A stretch of DNA of 63,880 bases, counting the filler, from Candidatus Hydrogenedentota bacterium (GTDB taxonomy: Bacteria > JBFMHD01): the NCBI GenBank assembly GCA_040752395.1. It is 6 parts of 6 records of this genome, joined end to end, with 100 filler letters (N's around TTAATTAATTAA, not from the genome) between each part and the next. Parts side by side here need not be neighbours in the genome. Positions count along the whole stretch, not along the records: positions 31,389 to 39,738 come from JBFMHD010000121.1; positions 39,839 to 48,023 come from JBFMHD010000123.1; 4 more parts are not named here. One strand, written 5' to 3'. This document shows positions 33,740 through 43,309 of the stretch, piece after piece. The position numbers and the translations under genes are program-made. A model generated the notes under the pieces. That model searched no databases, was not told the DNA's origin, and saw only the letters and a program-made list of their open reading frames with translations. The stretch's first letter is position 1; each line of letters starts with the position of its first letter.

Positions 33740-35155
33740 CTATCTATTGCCTGGAAAATATTTTCCAAGGTCATAGCCACAAAATGGCTGTAAACAATAA
33801 CCTTTTTGTTTTTGCGAAATGCAATTGTGGTCAATCCCCTGGTCAAGCCCAGTAGTGACCTGACCACAAAACATCCGTATGTAATAAAATGCCCTACTCG
33901 CTGCATCGTATTTATCCCAGGATTTACCCCAACCATAATCCTGCTCATACTTTGAGCGAACAAGACCTGCGATATGTTTTGGGTGCCACCCTATAGATAA
34001 TAAACATCTTGCAAGATTCTGTAAATTAGTTGGTTTCATAAGATGTGGATTTGGGAATTGTAAAGCATATCTTGTGCAGGGTGGGATATCATGTAAATTG
34101 AATCTATTGTATGTTTTATGCCAGTCAAACCATGGGTCGTCCTGTGTTTTATCAAAATCCTGATGAAATTTATAAAGCTCTGATTTTTTATATTCTTCAA
34201 TTAATTTTACAAATGCTTGATCAGATGCTGGTATCATACAATTACAATTTGCAGCATAATTAGCCGAATTTCTAAAATGACGTCTTAATTCAAATAAGTC
34301 ATCAAGAGATAATCCGCCTCGTGGTAATGTTATCTGGACAGGAACCCTGTCTGCTATTCTATCCCCTACTTTGTATCTTTGCACTTTATGTTTTTGATGT
34401 GAACTGAAAGCGCATCGGATATCCCTCATAAAGATAGGATCAGCATACATCGACAAATCAATTGAGACAGCCTCGCGGCCTGTTCTACCACTACCTACAG
34501 CTACATCAGTAGTAACAATCGGTAAATCAACGTTCCATCTGTGTGCTTCTCTTATTAATTTCTGACTTAAATACTCCATAACTTTACCCATACCATCGAA
34601 ACATTTACCATGATTAAGCACAACGGGTCTTGCTCTGCGAGAGCCTGGATTTGGATGTTCATACTTCCCTGCCAAACTCGGTATAACATAACCTATTTCA
34701 GTGAGCATCTTTTCAGCTTCGGAGTCACGGGTAACTTTTGTAACGAAATGGTATCCCTGGCCTGTTACCAGAACAATAACATTTAAGCCGTATTGTTTGT
34801 AGACATCCATTATGCATCGATAAAAATTCTCGAGTTTTCTAAAGGTTGTTTTTTGTTTAAAATATATTTCACCACCAAAGTCAACATTAAAATATTCTAC
34901 ATCAATCACGCTTAAGGTGTTCCTTCTATCCCATACTGACCTGAATATATCAAGTCCTTTATCAAGAATCCAATGGAACCCATCCTTTGGTGTTGAAACC
35001 CAGCCTTCTTCCTTACCTTCCCAGACCATCGCTTCACCATACCCCACAAGATATTCAGCAGTAAAACTTTTAGGGTTTGTAAAATCGCCACCACAGTATT
35101 CACCGATGCATCTTCTCACATTTTTATCCCAGTAATACTCGACCTGATTTAACAT
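33740..35155 (-). CDS. Putative archaeo-eukaryotic primase: PriS-like core fused to PriL-like Fe-S domain
   Basis: VIDVE (motif I), TGQGYH (motif II), SID (motif III), IRCAFSSHQK; C-terminal IPPC..LLSIG..NC..GYC..FC. Confidence 0.65.
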   Translation of the reverse strand: MLNQVEYYWDKNVRRCIGEYCGGDFTNPKSFTAEYLVGYGEAMVWEGKEEGWVSTPKDGFHWILDKGLDIFRSVWDRRNTLSVIDVEYFNVDFGGEIYFKQKTTFRKLENFYRCIMDVYKQYGLNVIVLVTGQGYHFVTKVTRDSEAEKMLTEIGYVIPSLAGKYEHPNPGSRRARPVVLNHGKCFDGMGKVMEYLSQKLIREAHRWNVDLPIVTTDVAVGSGRTGREAVSIDLSMYADPIFMRDIRCAFSSHQKHKVQRYKVGDRIADRVPVQITLPRGGLSLDDLFELRRHFRNSANYAANCNCMIPASDQAFVKLIEEYKKSELYKFHQDFDKTQDDPWFDWHKTYNRFNLHDIPPCTRYALQFPNPHLMKPTNLQNLARCLLSIGWHPKHIAGLVRSKYEQDYGWGKSWDKYDAASRAFYYIRMFCGQVTTGLDQGIDHNCISQKQKGYCLQPFCGYDLGKYFPGNR

Positions 35156-35323
35156 AATATTCTTTGAAAAAAATCGAAGTTCGGAGTTCGGAGTGTAGAG
35201 CGCAAACCGCGCTCATGAGTACTCCTCTGAAAAAATTCAAAATGCCGAATGCGGAATGCGGAAGTTAATAAGTAATAACTATAATAATCATACATAGAAA
35301 CAAGAAGCAAGAAACGGCACGAA

Positions 35324-35815
35324 TTAAAAGCAAGAGGCAAGAAGCAAGATAACGGAAAAGAAGCAAGAACTAAGAGATAACAAGTGATTCTGTAATTTAA
35401 TCATTTTTTGTCTTTGGCGTTCATTTTTATCATCATACCCGGCAAAATGTAAAATACCATGTATAGAGAGAAATAAAAATTCTTTCATAATACTTTTATC
35501 AGATCTATCACTGTAAAGCATAGCCTGGTCATAGGATACAACTATATCACCTAAATAATAATTTCCGCTATGGTCTTCTTCATTATAAGGAAACGCAATT
35601 ACATCAGTGACTCTATTTTTTCTCAAATATTTTCTATTAATTTTTTTAATCTCGTTATTACTAACTGCCTGAATTGTCAATGCAATTTTATCTTTTTTAA
35701 ATAGTTTCTTTACTACTGTTTTTAAAGCCCTAATCATTCTATTTTTCATTTTTTTTAATCTCTTTTGTCTTACCAGTAGATATATTGTTATTCTCTGTGG
35801 TTGCAATTTTTTCAT
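35324..35815 (-). CDS. ybeY: rRNA maturation endoribonuclease YbeY
   Basis: INRKY..TDVIAF, LGDIVVS, IHGILHFAGYDD; true start uncertain (track ORF begins at 35902); C-terminal tail is encoded by an AGCAAGA repeat. Confidence 0.88.
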   Translation of the reverse strand: MKKLQPQRITIYLLVRQKRLKKMKNRMIRALKTVVKKLFKKDKIALTIQAVSNNEIKKINRKYLRKNRVTDVIAFPYNEEDHSGNYYLGDIVVSYDQAMLYSDRSDKSIMKEFLFLSIHGILHFAGYDDKNERQRQKMIKLQNHLLSLSSCFFSVILLLASCF

Positions 35816-38066
35816 CCTCCCTTTGTTTGGCAGCTGTTTTCTGCTGGAGTTCTTTTTTTGCTTTTTCAATATCCTCGTCTTCAGGGTATTCGATTCTTTC
35901 ATGATATAAACTGCTTAACATCCGTGAAAAAATGTCAACTGTTTTACTTAAGTCTTTAAGATTAAAATCGCATTCATCAAGCTGACCATCAATAAACTTT
36001 TCATTAATTGTTTTCCTTATCTGTTCAACAATGTTCTTATAAGATTTTCGCTTTAAACTCCTGCACGCAGCCTCTGATGAATCAGCAAGCATAATAATAG
36101 CTGCTTCTTTGGATTGTGGTTTTGGTCCCGGGTACCTGAAATCCTCCTCACTTAACTGTGTATCAGATTCTTCACCATCTTCTATAGCATCTCTGTAAAA
36201 AACTTTCATCAAACCTGTGCCCTGATGCTGAGCTATTATATCTATAATAGCTTGCGGTAGCCCCAATTCTTTAGCTTTTTCTATACCCTCTTTAATATGA
36301 GATTTTAATATTCCGGCGGAGATGCGCGGTTTAAGTTTATCGTGCGGATTCTCACCAGGAACCTGGTTTTCTAAATAATATTCGGCCTTCTCAATCTTCC
36401 CTATGTCATGATAATAACCACCAGCCTTACATAATAATGTATTAGCGCCAATCTCAATAGCTGCTGCTTCTGCCAAACTCGCAACCATCTGCGAGTGCTG
36501 ATATGTCCCGGGGGCTGCTACTAACATCTCCTTTAATATGGGTGCATTTAAATCAGTCAGTTCCAATAATCTAAAAGGAGAGGTTAAATTGCCGATATTT
36601 TCTATAAATGGTAAAAGTCCAAGAACAATAACCGGCGTAAAAAAAATACCGTTGATACCCGCACAGACCATATCTGAAACTATATAAAAAATATCCCTCT
36701 TTTCAATCATAACAAATGCACTTAAAAGAACTATATAGCTAATAGTAACAAAAAGACCGCCTTTTAAGATATCAGTTCGTTTTGAGGCATTCCTGACAGA
36801 GAAAATACCTACTATAGCACCTGACATTAAAATAAAAGGCAGTTCTAAATCACTGCCTGCTATAAATCCTATAAATATTGAAAGAAAAATAGAGATTATA
36901 ATCGAGAGCCTGTAACTTAATAATAAGGCAATTATCATAGAAATTGCAGAAAGTGGTATTATATAAAATGATAGATACAAATTTTTATTGTAAAGAGATA
37001 TGAACATAACAGGATGTAAAAACTTAATCACTAATTGAGATATACCAAGAATAAATATTGTTAAGACACAAAGTATCATCATATCACTGGTTCTGTTTAA
37101 TATTCTCTGCTGAAAATATTTTAGATAAGTTATTATTATACCAAGGTATATAGCTATAAGTATTATTATACCTAATATTACCGTTTGTTGTTCTCTTCTT
37201 ATACGCATTCTGACGTTGTCAATAATTTCAACCTCTTTATTTGTTACAATCTGGCCTTTTTGAAGTATCGACTCCCCTTTTTCGATAAATATTTTGATTG
37301 TTTTTAAATCATTCTTTTTTTTCTCTTCTGGATTTTTAATTTTGGTTCTTTCTTCATCATAAACGATGGTATCTTTCACATAATATCTGATAATCTTGTA
37401 ATAAATATTTCTTTGGATCTCAGGTATGTCATAACTTGATAGAATACTTTTTACCACTCCATGGATATGGTCTATATCAACTATATCATCAAAAAGTCTG
37501 TAATAATATTTAGATTGTGAAGTATTGAAAATCCATATCTTATCTGAGGTAATAATGCCCTTATATGACTTTTTATCAAATAATATCTCTTTTTTTACTA
37601 ACTCGGGCCAGAGATAATCAACCAAAATACTTTTAAAATTATCTACATCAACTATTTTTAGAAACTGTAATTCATCGATATTTAAAGTTAAAGAAAAATT
37701 ATCAGTAAACAATTTTTCAAAATTAAAAGATGTATTATTCTCACTGATAAATTGTAAAAGATTTTCTATCTCATCTAATTCTTTATCAAGACTGCCAACA
37801 GTTGAGAAGACCGGGATTTTGATTGGTTTAGCGAAACGTTCTGCCCTGTCTTTTAGTGGAATCTTTTCTTCAAAATAAAATGAAAAAGGTGATTTAAAAT
37901 TAACAGGTGAAGGGACTCCAATAGCGACCCCGGGTATCGATGGTGCAAAGTTCGGCATTATAACAATCACCATAACAATAACTACGATACCAAGAATAAT
38001 CAACCGAACTATCTTTTCATAATCTAACCTTTTAAATAATTCTTTTAAATTCGGTTTGAACTTCAT
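35739..38066 (-). CDS. 7TM-HD phosphohydrolase (PgpH-like cyclic dinucleotide phosphodiesterase)
   Basis: Extracellular domain, seven TM helices, APGTYQHS, YYHDIGK, FRYPGPKP, MLADS. Confidence 0.9.
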   Translation of the reverse strand: MKFKPNLKELFKRLDYEKIVRLIILGIVVIVMVIVIMPNFAPSIPGVAIGVPSPVNFKSPFSFYFEEKIPLKDRAERFAKPIKIPVFSTVGSLDKELDEIENLLQFISENNTSFNFEKLFTDNFSLTLNIDELQFLKIVDVDNFKSILVDYLWPELVKKEILFDKKSYKGIITSDKIWIFNTSQSKYYYRLFDDIVDIDHIHGVVKSILSSYDIPEIQRNIYYKIIRYYVKDTIVYDEERTKIKNPEEKKKNDLKTIKIFIEKGESILQKGQIVTNKEVEIIDNVRMRIRREQQTVILGIIILIAIYLGIIITYLKYFQQRILNRTSDMMILCVLTIFILGISQLVIKFLHPVMFISLYNKNLYLSFYIIPLSAISMIIALLLSYRLSIIISIFLSIFIGFIAGSDLELPFILMSGAIVGIFSVRNASKRTDILKGGLFVTISYIVLLSAFVMIEKRDIFYIVSDMVCAGINGIFFTPVIVLGLLPFIENIGNLTSPFRLLELTDLNAPILKEMLVAAPGTYQHSQMVASLAEAAAIEIGANTLLCKAGGYYHDIGKIEKAEYYLENQVPGENPHDKLKPRISAGILKSHIKEGIEKAKELGLPQAIIDIIAQHQGTGLMKVFYRDAIEDGEESDTQLSEEDFRYPGPKPQSKEAAIIMLADSSEAACRSLKRKSYKNIVEQIRKTINEKFIDGQLDECDFNLKDLSKTVDIFSRMLSSLYHERIEYPEDEDIEKAKKELQQKTAAKQREDEKIATTENNNISTGKTKEIKKNEK

Positions 38067-39052
38067 TTCTTCTGTAGCCCTGGTGTTTTGTCTTTTAAAG
38101 ATATACTATATTTCTCATAAGCATCTATTATGTGTTGAACAAGTTTATGACGCACGACATCTCTCTTTGACACCCTTATAAAAGCTATCCCCTCTATACT
38201 ATGTAAGATTTCCTCTGCAATAATAAGGCCGCTCTTTTCACCTTTTGGTAAATCTATTTGTGTAATATCGCCTGTTATAATAGCTTTAGAGCGAAGTCCT
38301 AATCTTGTAAGAAACATTTTCATTTGAAGATAAGTTGTATTCTGTGCTTCATCAAGGATAACGAGTGCATCGTTTAATGTTCTACCGCGCATAAAAGCTA
38401 ATGGTGCTATCTCGAGGACATTATGCTGAAACATCTTCTCAAAATCAAAAGTTTCAAGCATATCATAAAGGGCATCGTATAAAGGTCTTAAATAGGGGTT
38501 TACTTTTTCTACTAAATCGCCAGGCAAAAATCCCAACTTTTCGCCGGCCTCAACCGCAGGTCTTGTTAATATGATTCTTCTTATTATTCCTTTATTAAGC
38601 AAAGAGAGCGCATACGCAACAGCAAGATATGTTTTTCCTGTGCCTGCAGGCCCGATAACAAAAATAATATCATTTTTTTTCATTGCCTCAACATACTCAC
38701 GCTGGCCCGCTGTCAAAGGTCTTACAACCTTCCCCTGTCTTGAAACAAAAAGAGCGTATTGATTATCCCTGAGTAATGAATGCCCCTTCTTGAGTTCCTC
38801 AATTAAAAGTTTTACATCATCTTCTAAAATAACGTTCCCTCTGGCAAACCTCTCACTTAAAATTGAAAAAATATTCGATACCTCATCAATCGCAGATATG
38901 GTTCCCTCAATTATAATTCTGTTGCCACGTGGTATTATTTTTACATTCTCGAAATTCTTTCTGATAATTTTTAGATTTGTATCAGCTGTCCCAAGTACCG
39001 CGAGCAGATGTTCCAACGAAGGTAGCTCAATAATCCGTCTCTCTTTTGTCAT
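38063..39052 (-). CDS. phoH: PhoH-family ATPase
   Basis: GPAGTGKT, RPAVEAGE.LGFLPG, AFMRGRT, DEAQN, GDITQIDLP. Confidence 0.95.
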   Translation of the reverse strand: MTKERRIIELPSLEHLLAVLGTADTNLKIIRKNFENVKIIPRGNRIIIEGTISAIDEVSNIFSILSERFARGNVILEDDVKLLIEELKKGHSLLRDNQYALFVSRQGKVVRPLTAGQREYVEAMKKNDIIFVIGPAGTGKTYLAVAYALSLLNKGIIRRIILTRPAVEAGEKLGFLPGDLVEKVNPYLRPLYDALYDMLETFDFEKMFQHNVLEIAPLAFMRGRTLNDALVILDEAQNTTYLQMKMFLTRLGLRSKAIITGDITQIDLPKGEKSGLIIAEEILHSIEGIAFIRVSKRDVVRHKLVQHIIDAYEKYSISLKDKTPGLQKK

Positions 39053-39220
39053 TGTTACCTCTTCGAAAAGCGTTGTGACTATAATAATCAGGCTTCAGAC
39101 TTCGGGCTCTTCAGTCTCCAGGCTCCTGGCTTCAGGCTCCAGCCGGCCGTAGTCCGTAGCCTGTAGTCTGTAGCCTAACGCCAGCCTTTTATACTGTCTT
39201 CTGTCTTCTTTCATATCATC

Positions 39221-39738
39221 TCATCTATCAACTGTTTTGATTCCGATTTCATCAAGCTGGTCTTCTGAAACTATAGAAGGTGCATCAGAGAGCGGACAGA
39301 TACCTTTTTGTGTTTTTGGGAACGCTATAACATCGCGTATGGATTTTTCGCCTGTGATTATCATTACAATTCTATCAAGCCCAAGCGCTATGCCACCGTG
39401 CGGTGGCGCACCATATGATAACGCATCAAGTAAAAATCCAAACTTTAATCGCGCTGCTTCAGGCGTGATACCTAAAAGAGAAAATACCTTGCTCTGAATA
39501 TCCTGTCTGTGTATCCTGATACTGCCCCCCCCTATCTCCACGCCATTAAGTACAATATCATAAGCTCTGGCTCTAACTTTAGAGGGGTCAGTAGTTAAAA
39601 ACTCTATGTCTTCTAATCGCGGAGACGTAAATGGATGATGAACCGCAACATATCTTCTCTCCTTTTCATCCCACTCAAACAATGGAAACCCTTTCACCCA
39701 TAAAAATGCAAGTTTCTTATTATCAATAAGGTTCAACC
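39221..39738 (-). CDS. aspS: Aspartyl-tRNA synthetase, 3' fragment cut by the contig end
   Basis: [49 protein letters not shown]. Confidence 0.95.
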
Positions 39739-39838
39739 NNNNNNNNNNNNNNNNNNNNNNNNNNNNNNNNNNNNNNNNNNNNTTAATTAATTAANNNNNN
39801 NNNNNNNNNNNNNNNNNNNNNNNNNNNNNNNNNNNNNN
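39739..39838. other. Artificial contig linker
   Basis: N run with TTAATTAATTAA. Confidence 0.98.
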
Positions 39839-40013
39839 GGCACAAAGTATGAAAAGAGTCACAAGTCGCAAGTCGTGAGTCAAAACAGGACTCGAGACTC
39901 AAGACTCAAGACTCAAGACTTTTCAGCAGGCTTTGGGCTTTTGGCTCCAGCCGGCTGTAGTCCGTCGCCTGTAGCCTGTACCCCGAATTATTAGAGTTAC
40001 AGTGTTTTTCAGA

Positions 40014-40105
40014 GGAGGGGTGGCCGAGCTTGGTTGATGGCACCGGTCTTGAAAACCGGCAGCGTCGAAAGATTCTCGGGGGTTCGAATCCCTCCCCCTC
40101 CGCCA
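40014..40105 (+). tRNA. tRNA-Ser, anticodon UGA
   Basis: Acceptor GGAGGGG/CCCCTCC, G discriminator, encoded CCA, anticodon arm CCGGT-CT-TGA-AA-ACCGG, long variable arm, GGTTCGAATCC. Confidence 0.95.
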
Positions 40106-40114
40106 GTTAATTAC

Positions 40115-40423
40115 AGGGATTCGAACAGGCATTTTGCGCCGACCTTATGGGAGGGAAAATTCACAGGGATGTGAATGGCAGCAAAATGCCCAGCCTGTAA
40201 TAATTTTTACGTGATGTAAAAATTATGGAAGGTCGAATCCCTCCCCCTCTGAATACAAAAGTTAAAAGTAAGAAGTGGGAAGTGAGAAGTGAGAAAAAAA
40301 AGAGTTGTTTGATAAGGGATTCGAACAGGCAATTTTCAGCTGACCTTATGGGAGGAAGAGTTCACAAGGAAGTGAACGGAAGAAAATTGCCGTGCCTGGA
40401 GTGGACGAGACCCAAGGTCGAGA
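40115..40423 (+). repeat. Two-unit structured repeat downstream of tRNA-Ser
   Basis: Units at 40115 and 40315 both start AGGGATTCGAACAGGCA and share GACCTTATGGGAGG and TTCAC-A(G/A)GGA-N-GTGAA; tRNA 3' sequence is repeated at 40233-40249. Confidence 0.7.
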
Positions 40424-40459
40424 GAAAGAAAATAGGTAATAACTATTGAGATGGATTGA

Positions 40460-41587
40460 TTAAAATAAAGTATTATAAAAAGTTTCGTAAGAATTTATAA
40501 CTTTAGTTATATCAAAATATTTTGTTATTGTATCTTTAATGTTTATTGAAAATTCATAAAGTTTGTTCGGATTATCAATCAGGATTTTTAATCGACTTTT
40601 TAAACTATTGATATCGTTAGACGGAAAAAGAAAGCCATTATAACCATCTATTATTATCTCTTTATTACCGTCAACATCAGAAGCAATCGCAGGTATGCCA
40701 AGGAGCCCGGCTTCAATTAAAATGTGTGGTAATCCTTCCCATAGTGATGGTAAAACAAGCGTATCAAAAGTTTTTATATAAGGCATCACATCAAAAACTT
40801 CACCGGTGAAGATAAATTTATTCTTATAACCTGAACCCTCAATTAAACTTATTATTTTTTCTTTCTCTTCACCATCACCAACAAGTATACACTCTATATT
40901 ATAATTTTCTTTTAGAAGCTCTATACAAGCTTTAACAAGCACAGAAACTGATTTCTGGATAGAGAATCTTCCTATATAACCCACTCTAAAGATATCCTTA
41001 TTATTTTTCTTTATTTCTTTTGGAATAGTAATAGTAAGAGGGTCTATTAATTCGATACCATTTGGTATGTATCTCATTTTTGGAGTCGGATAAAAACTAT
41101 TTTTTATTGATTTTTCATAATCGTTTTTTGAGACAAAGATGAAATAATCAGTAAAAAGATCAAGGAACCGCTCAAGTATAAAGAGTATTCTTTTTCTTGT
41201 TCTGTCATAAAACCCGGTTTTAGTTCGTTCGAGATATGCTCTGAACCCAAAGCCATGGATAGTCATAATTATATATGGTTTATCTAAAAGAAAAAACGTG
41301 GCTAATCGAGCCCATATCCCGATCTTTGGCGTCTGGCAGTTTATTATATCAAGATTATACTCTTTGATTAGATTTCTAATTCTATAGATTTCTTTTATGT
41401 CAAAGCGTTTATTTAAGTTTAGTGTTATAACCTTTTTTGAGACAGAAGCAAATTTCTCAAAATATGGGCCATCATCAGGACAAAAAACATAATTATTGTA
41501 TTTTTTATCAGTATATTTTAATAAAAGATACAAAGATTTTTGTGCGCCGGCTATACAGGAAGACTCTATAAAGTATCCTATGTTCAT
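40460..41587 (-). CDS. Glycosyltransferase family 4
   Basis: YIPNGI, GYIGRFSIQK, PSLWEGLPHILIEA (E-x7-E), ASDVDG. Confidence 0.92.
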   Translation of the reverse strand: MNIGYFIESSCIAGAQKSLYLLLKYTDKKYNNYVFCPDDGPYFEKFASVSKKVITLNLNKRFDIKEIYRIRNLIKEYNLDIINCQTPKIGIWARLATFFLLDKPYIIMTIHGFGFRAYLERTKTGFYDRTRKRILFILERFLDLFTDYFIFVSKNDYEKSIKNSFYPTPKMRYIPNGIELIDPLTITIPKEIKKNNKDIFRVGYIGRFSIQKSVSVLVKACIELLKENYNIECILVGDGEEKEKIISLIEGSGYKNKFIFTGEVFDVMPYIKTFDTLVLPSLWEGLPHILIEAGLLGIPAIASDVDGNKEIIIDGYNGFLFPSNDINSLKSRLKILIDNPNKLYEFSINIKDTITKYFDITKVINSYETFYNTLF

Positions 41588-41697
41588 AATAAATATGATC
41601 CTACAATGGTTACCTGAAGGCGACCTGCTGGTCTAACCACTAATTTTTTCACACGTTCTAGTAGAGTGCTTAATTTATACTTAAAGCATTAAAAAAT

Positions 41698-41725
41698 TCA
41701 ATAAAAAGTTCTTTTATACCGATAA
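41698..41725 (+). promoter_or_regulatory. Sigma28-like promoter upstream of the S8 protease
   Basis: TCAA-N16-ACCGATAA. Confidence 0.35.
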
Positions 41726-41749
41726 TAATTTAAGAAGAGAGAACCGAAT

Positions 41750-43309
41750 ATGCATAAATTTAAACAAATCATAACTTATAGATTACTACTTATAACTTTT
41801 ATACTTAGTTATTTTATCCAAAGCACGTATGTGATTACAGAGTGCAGCGCGGTTCCATATCAGGAAGGTGTTTTACTTGTAGGTATAAAAAAGACAAAAA
41901 AAGGGCTTAATCTATCAAGTCTTTATCAACCAAAAGAAGTTATACAGACTAATGAAATATCTATTATTAAAATAAACTTATTACCAGGTGAGGATATAAA
42001 TACTAAAATAAAAGAGTTGCAAACACAGAAAGGTGTTTTATTTGTTCAGCCTAATTATAAATATGAGCTAAAAGCAGTCCCTGCGGATCCACTATACTCA
42101 GAGCAATGGTATTTGAATAATACAGGTCAGGGTGGTGGTAAAATCGGTGCTGATATAAAGGCTCAGAACGCATGGGATATTACAACAGGTGATACCACAG
42201 TAAGGATAGCGGTTCTTGATTGTGGGATTGATACCTCTGCTAATGATTATGTTTCTTATGTATCCGGGTTTGATTTTGTTGATTCTGATAACTCTTCAAC
42301 GATCAGTGCTGGTAATGGTACTGACGATGATGACGATGGATTCATAGATGAGAATCTGCATCATGGCACAGCTATCGCAAGTATTATAGGTGCAAAGGGT
42401 AATAATTCTACAGGGTTATGCGGGATTATCTGGAATGCTCAAATATTTGATATAAGAGTATTTAATGATGATGGCATGAGTTATAGTGATTCTATAGCGT
42501 GTGCGATTAGGTATGCTGTGGATACCAATGCAAAGGTATTGAATTTAAGTTTTGGGAATGATGCTGGAACCTATGACAATACAGTTGCTTCTGCTATAGA
42601 TTATGCTCTTAGTAAGAATGTAATACTTGTAGCAGCTGCTGGTAATGGTGGTGGTAATACAATAGATTTTCCTGCTAATTATTCTTCTGTTATAGCTGTT
42701 GGGGCAAGTGATAGGAACGATTTACGGTGTGCGTTTTCTGACATAGGGCCAGAACTTGATATCGTTGCACCAGGGGTTGATATTATTAGTTATAAAGTTG
42801 GTGGTGGAACACAGGACCAAGACGGCACAAGTTTTTCAACTGCAATGGTTTCAGCAGCAGCTGGATTATTATATTATCTTAATAACACTCTCACACCTTC
42901 AAGAATATTAACGATATTAAAAAATACAGCTGATGATTTATTACCAGCTGGTATAGATATTTATACAGGTGCAGGAAGGCTTAACTTATATCGAGCACTG
43001 AAATACTTAAGTATCAATGCTACAACATCGATAACAAGTGTTAATTATCCTAATCCGCTTGATTTTAGAACCTACACTTATACAACGATAGAATCAGATG
43101 CTATAACGCAAGGGGCGTTGATAAAATTGTATGATATAAAAGGCAGAGAGGTATATACGATACCGAGCAGTGATATTGATGGCACAGATGGTAAAGCTGT
43201 ATGGCGTGGTATAAATTTTTCGAACGAAAGAGTTTCAGCAGGGATATATCCCTATCATATTAAAGGCAGCAGGGGGGAAGCGAAAGGGTTCGTAGTGGTA
43301 GTAAAATGA
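41750..43309 (+). CDS. Secreted S8 subtilisin-family protease with T9SS-like C-terminal domain
   Basis: Triad VLDCG / HHGT / GTSFS, AAAGN; C-terminal YPNP..IKLYDIKGREV..WRG..VSAGIY..VVVK. Confidence 0.88.
   Translation: MHKFKQIITYRLLLITFILSYFIQSTYVITECSAVPYQEGVLLVGIKKTKKGLNLSSLYQPKEVIQTNEISIIKINLLPGEDINTKIKELQTQKGVLFVQPNYKYELKAVPADPLYSEQWYLNNTGQGGGKIGADIKAQNAWDITTGDTTVRIAVLDCGIDTSANDYVSYVSGFDFVDSDNSSTISAGNGTDDDDDGFIDENLHHGTAIASIIGAKGNNSTGLCGIIWNAQIFDIRVFNDDGMSYSDSIACAIRYAVDTNAKVLNLSFGNDAGTYDNTVASAIDYALSKNVILVAAAGNGGGNTIDFPANYSSVIAVGASDRNDLRCAFSDIGPELDIVAPGVDIISYKVGGGTQDQDGTSFSTAMVSAAAGLLYYLNNTLTPSRILTILKNTADDLLPAGIDIYTGAGRLNLYRALKYLSINATTSITSVNYPNPLDFRTYTYTTIESDAITQGALIKLYDIKGREVYTIPSSDIDGTDGKAVWRGINFSNERVSAGIYPYHIKGSRGEAKGFVVVVK

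Noticed and set aside
40014-40105. tRNA-Sec or opal suppressor
   Set aside because: The anticodon is UGA (reads the Ser codon UCA), not UCA, and the acceptor stem is a normal 7 bp.
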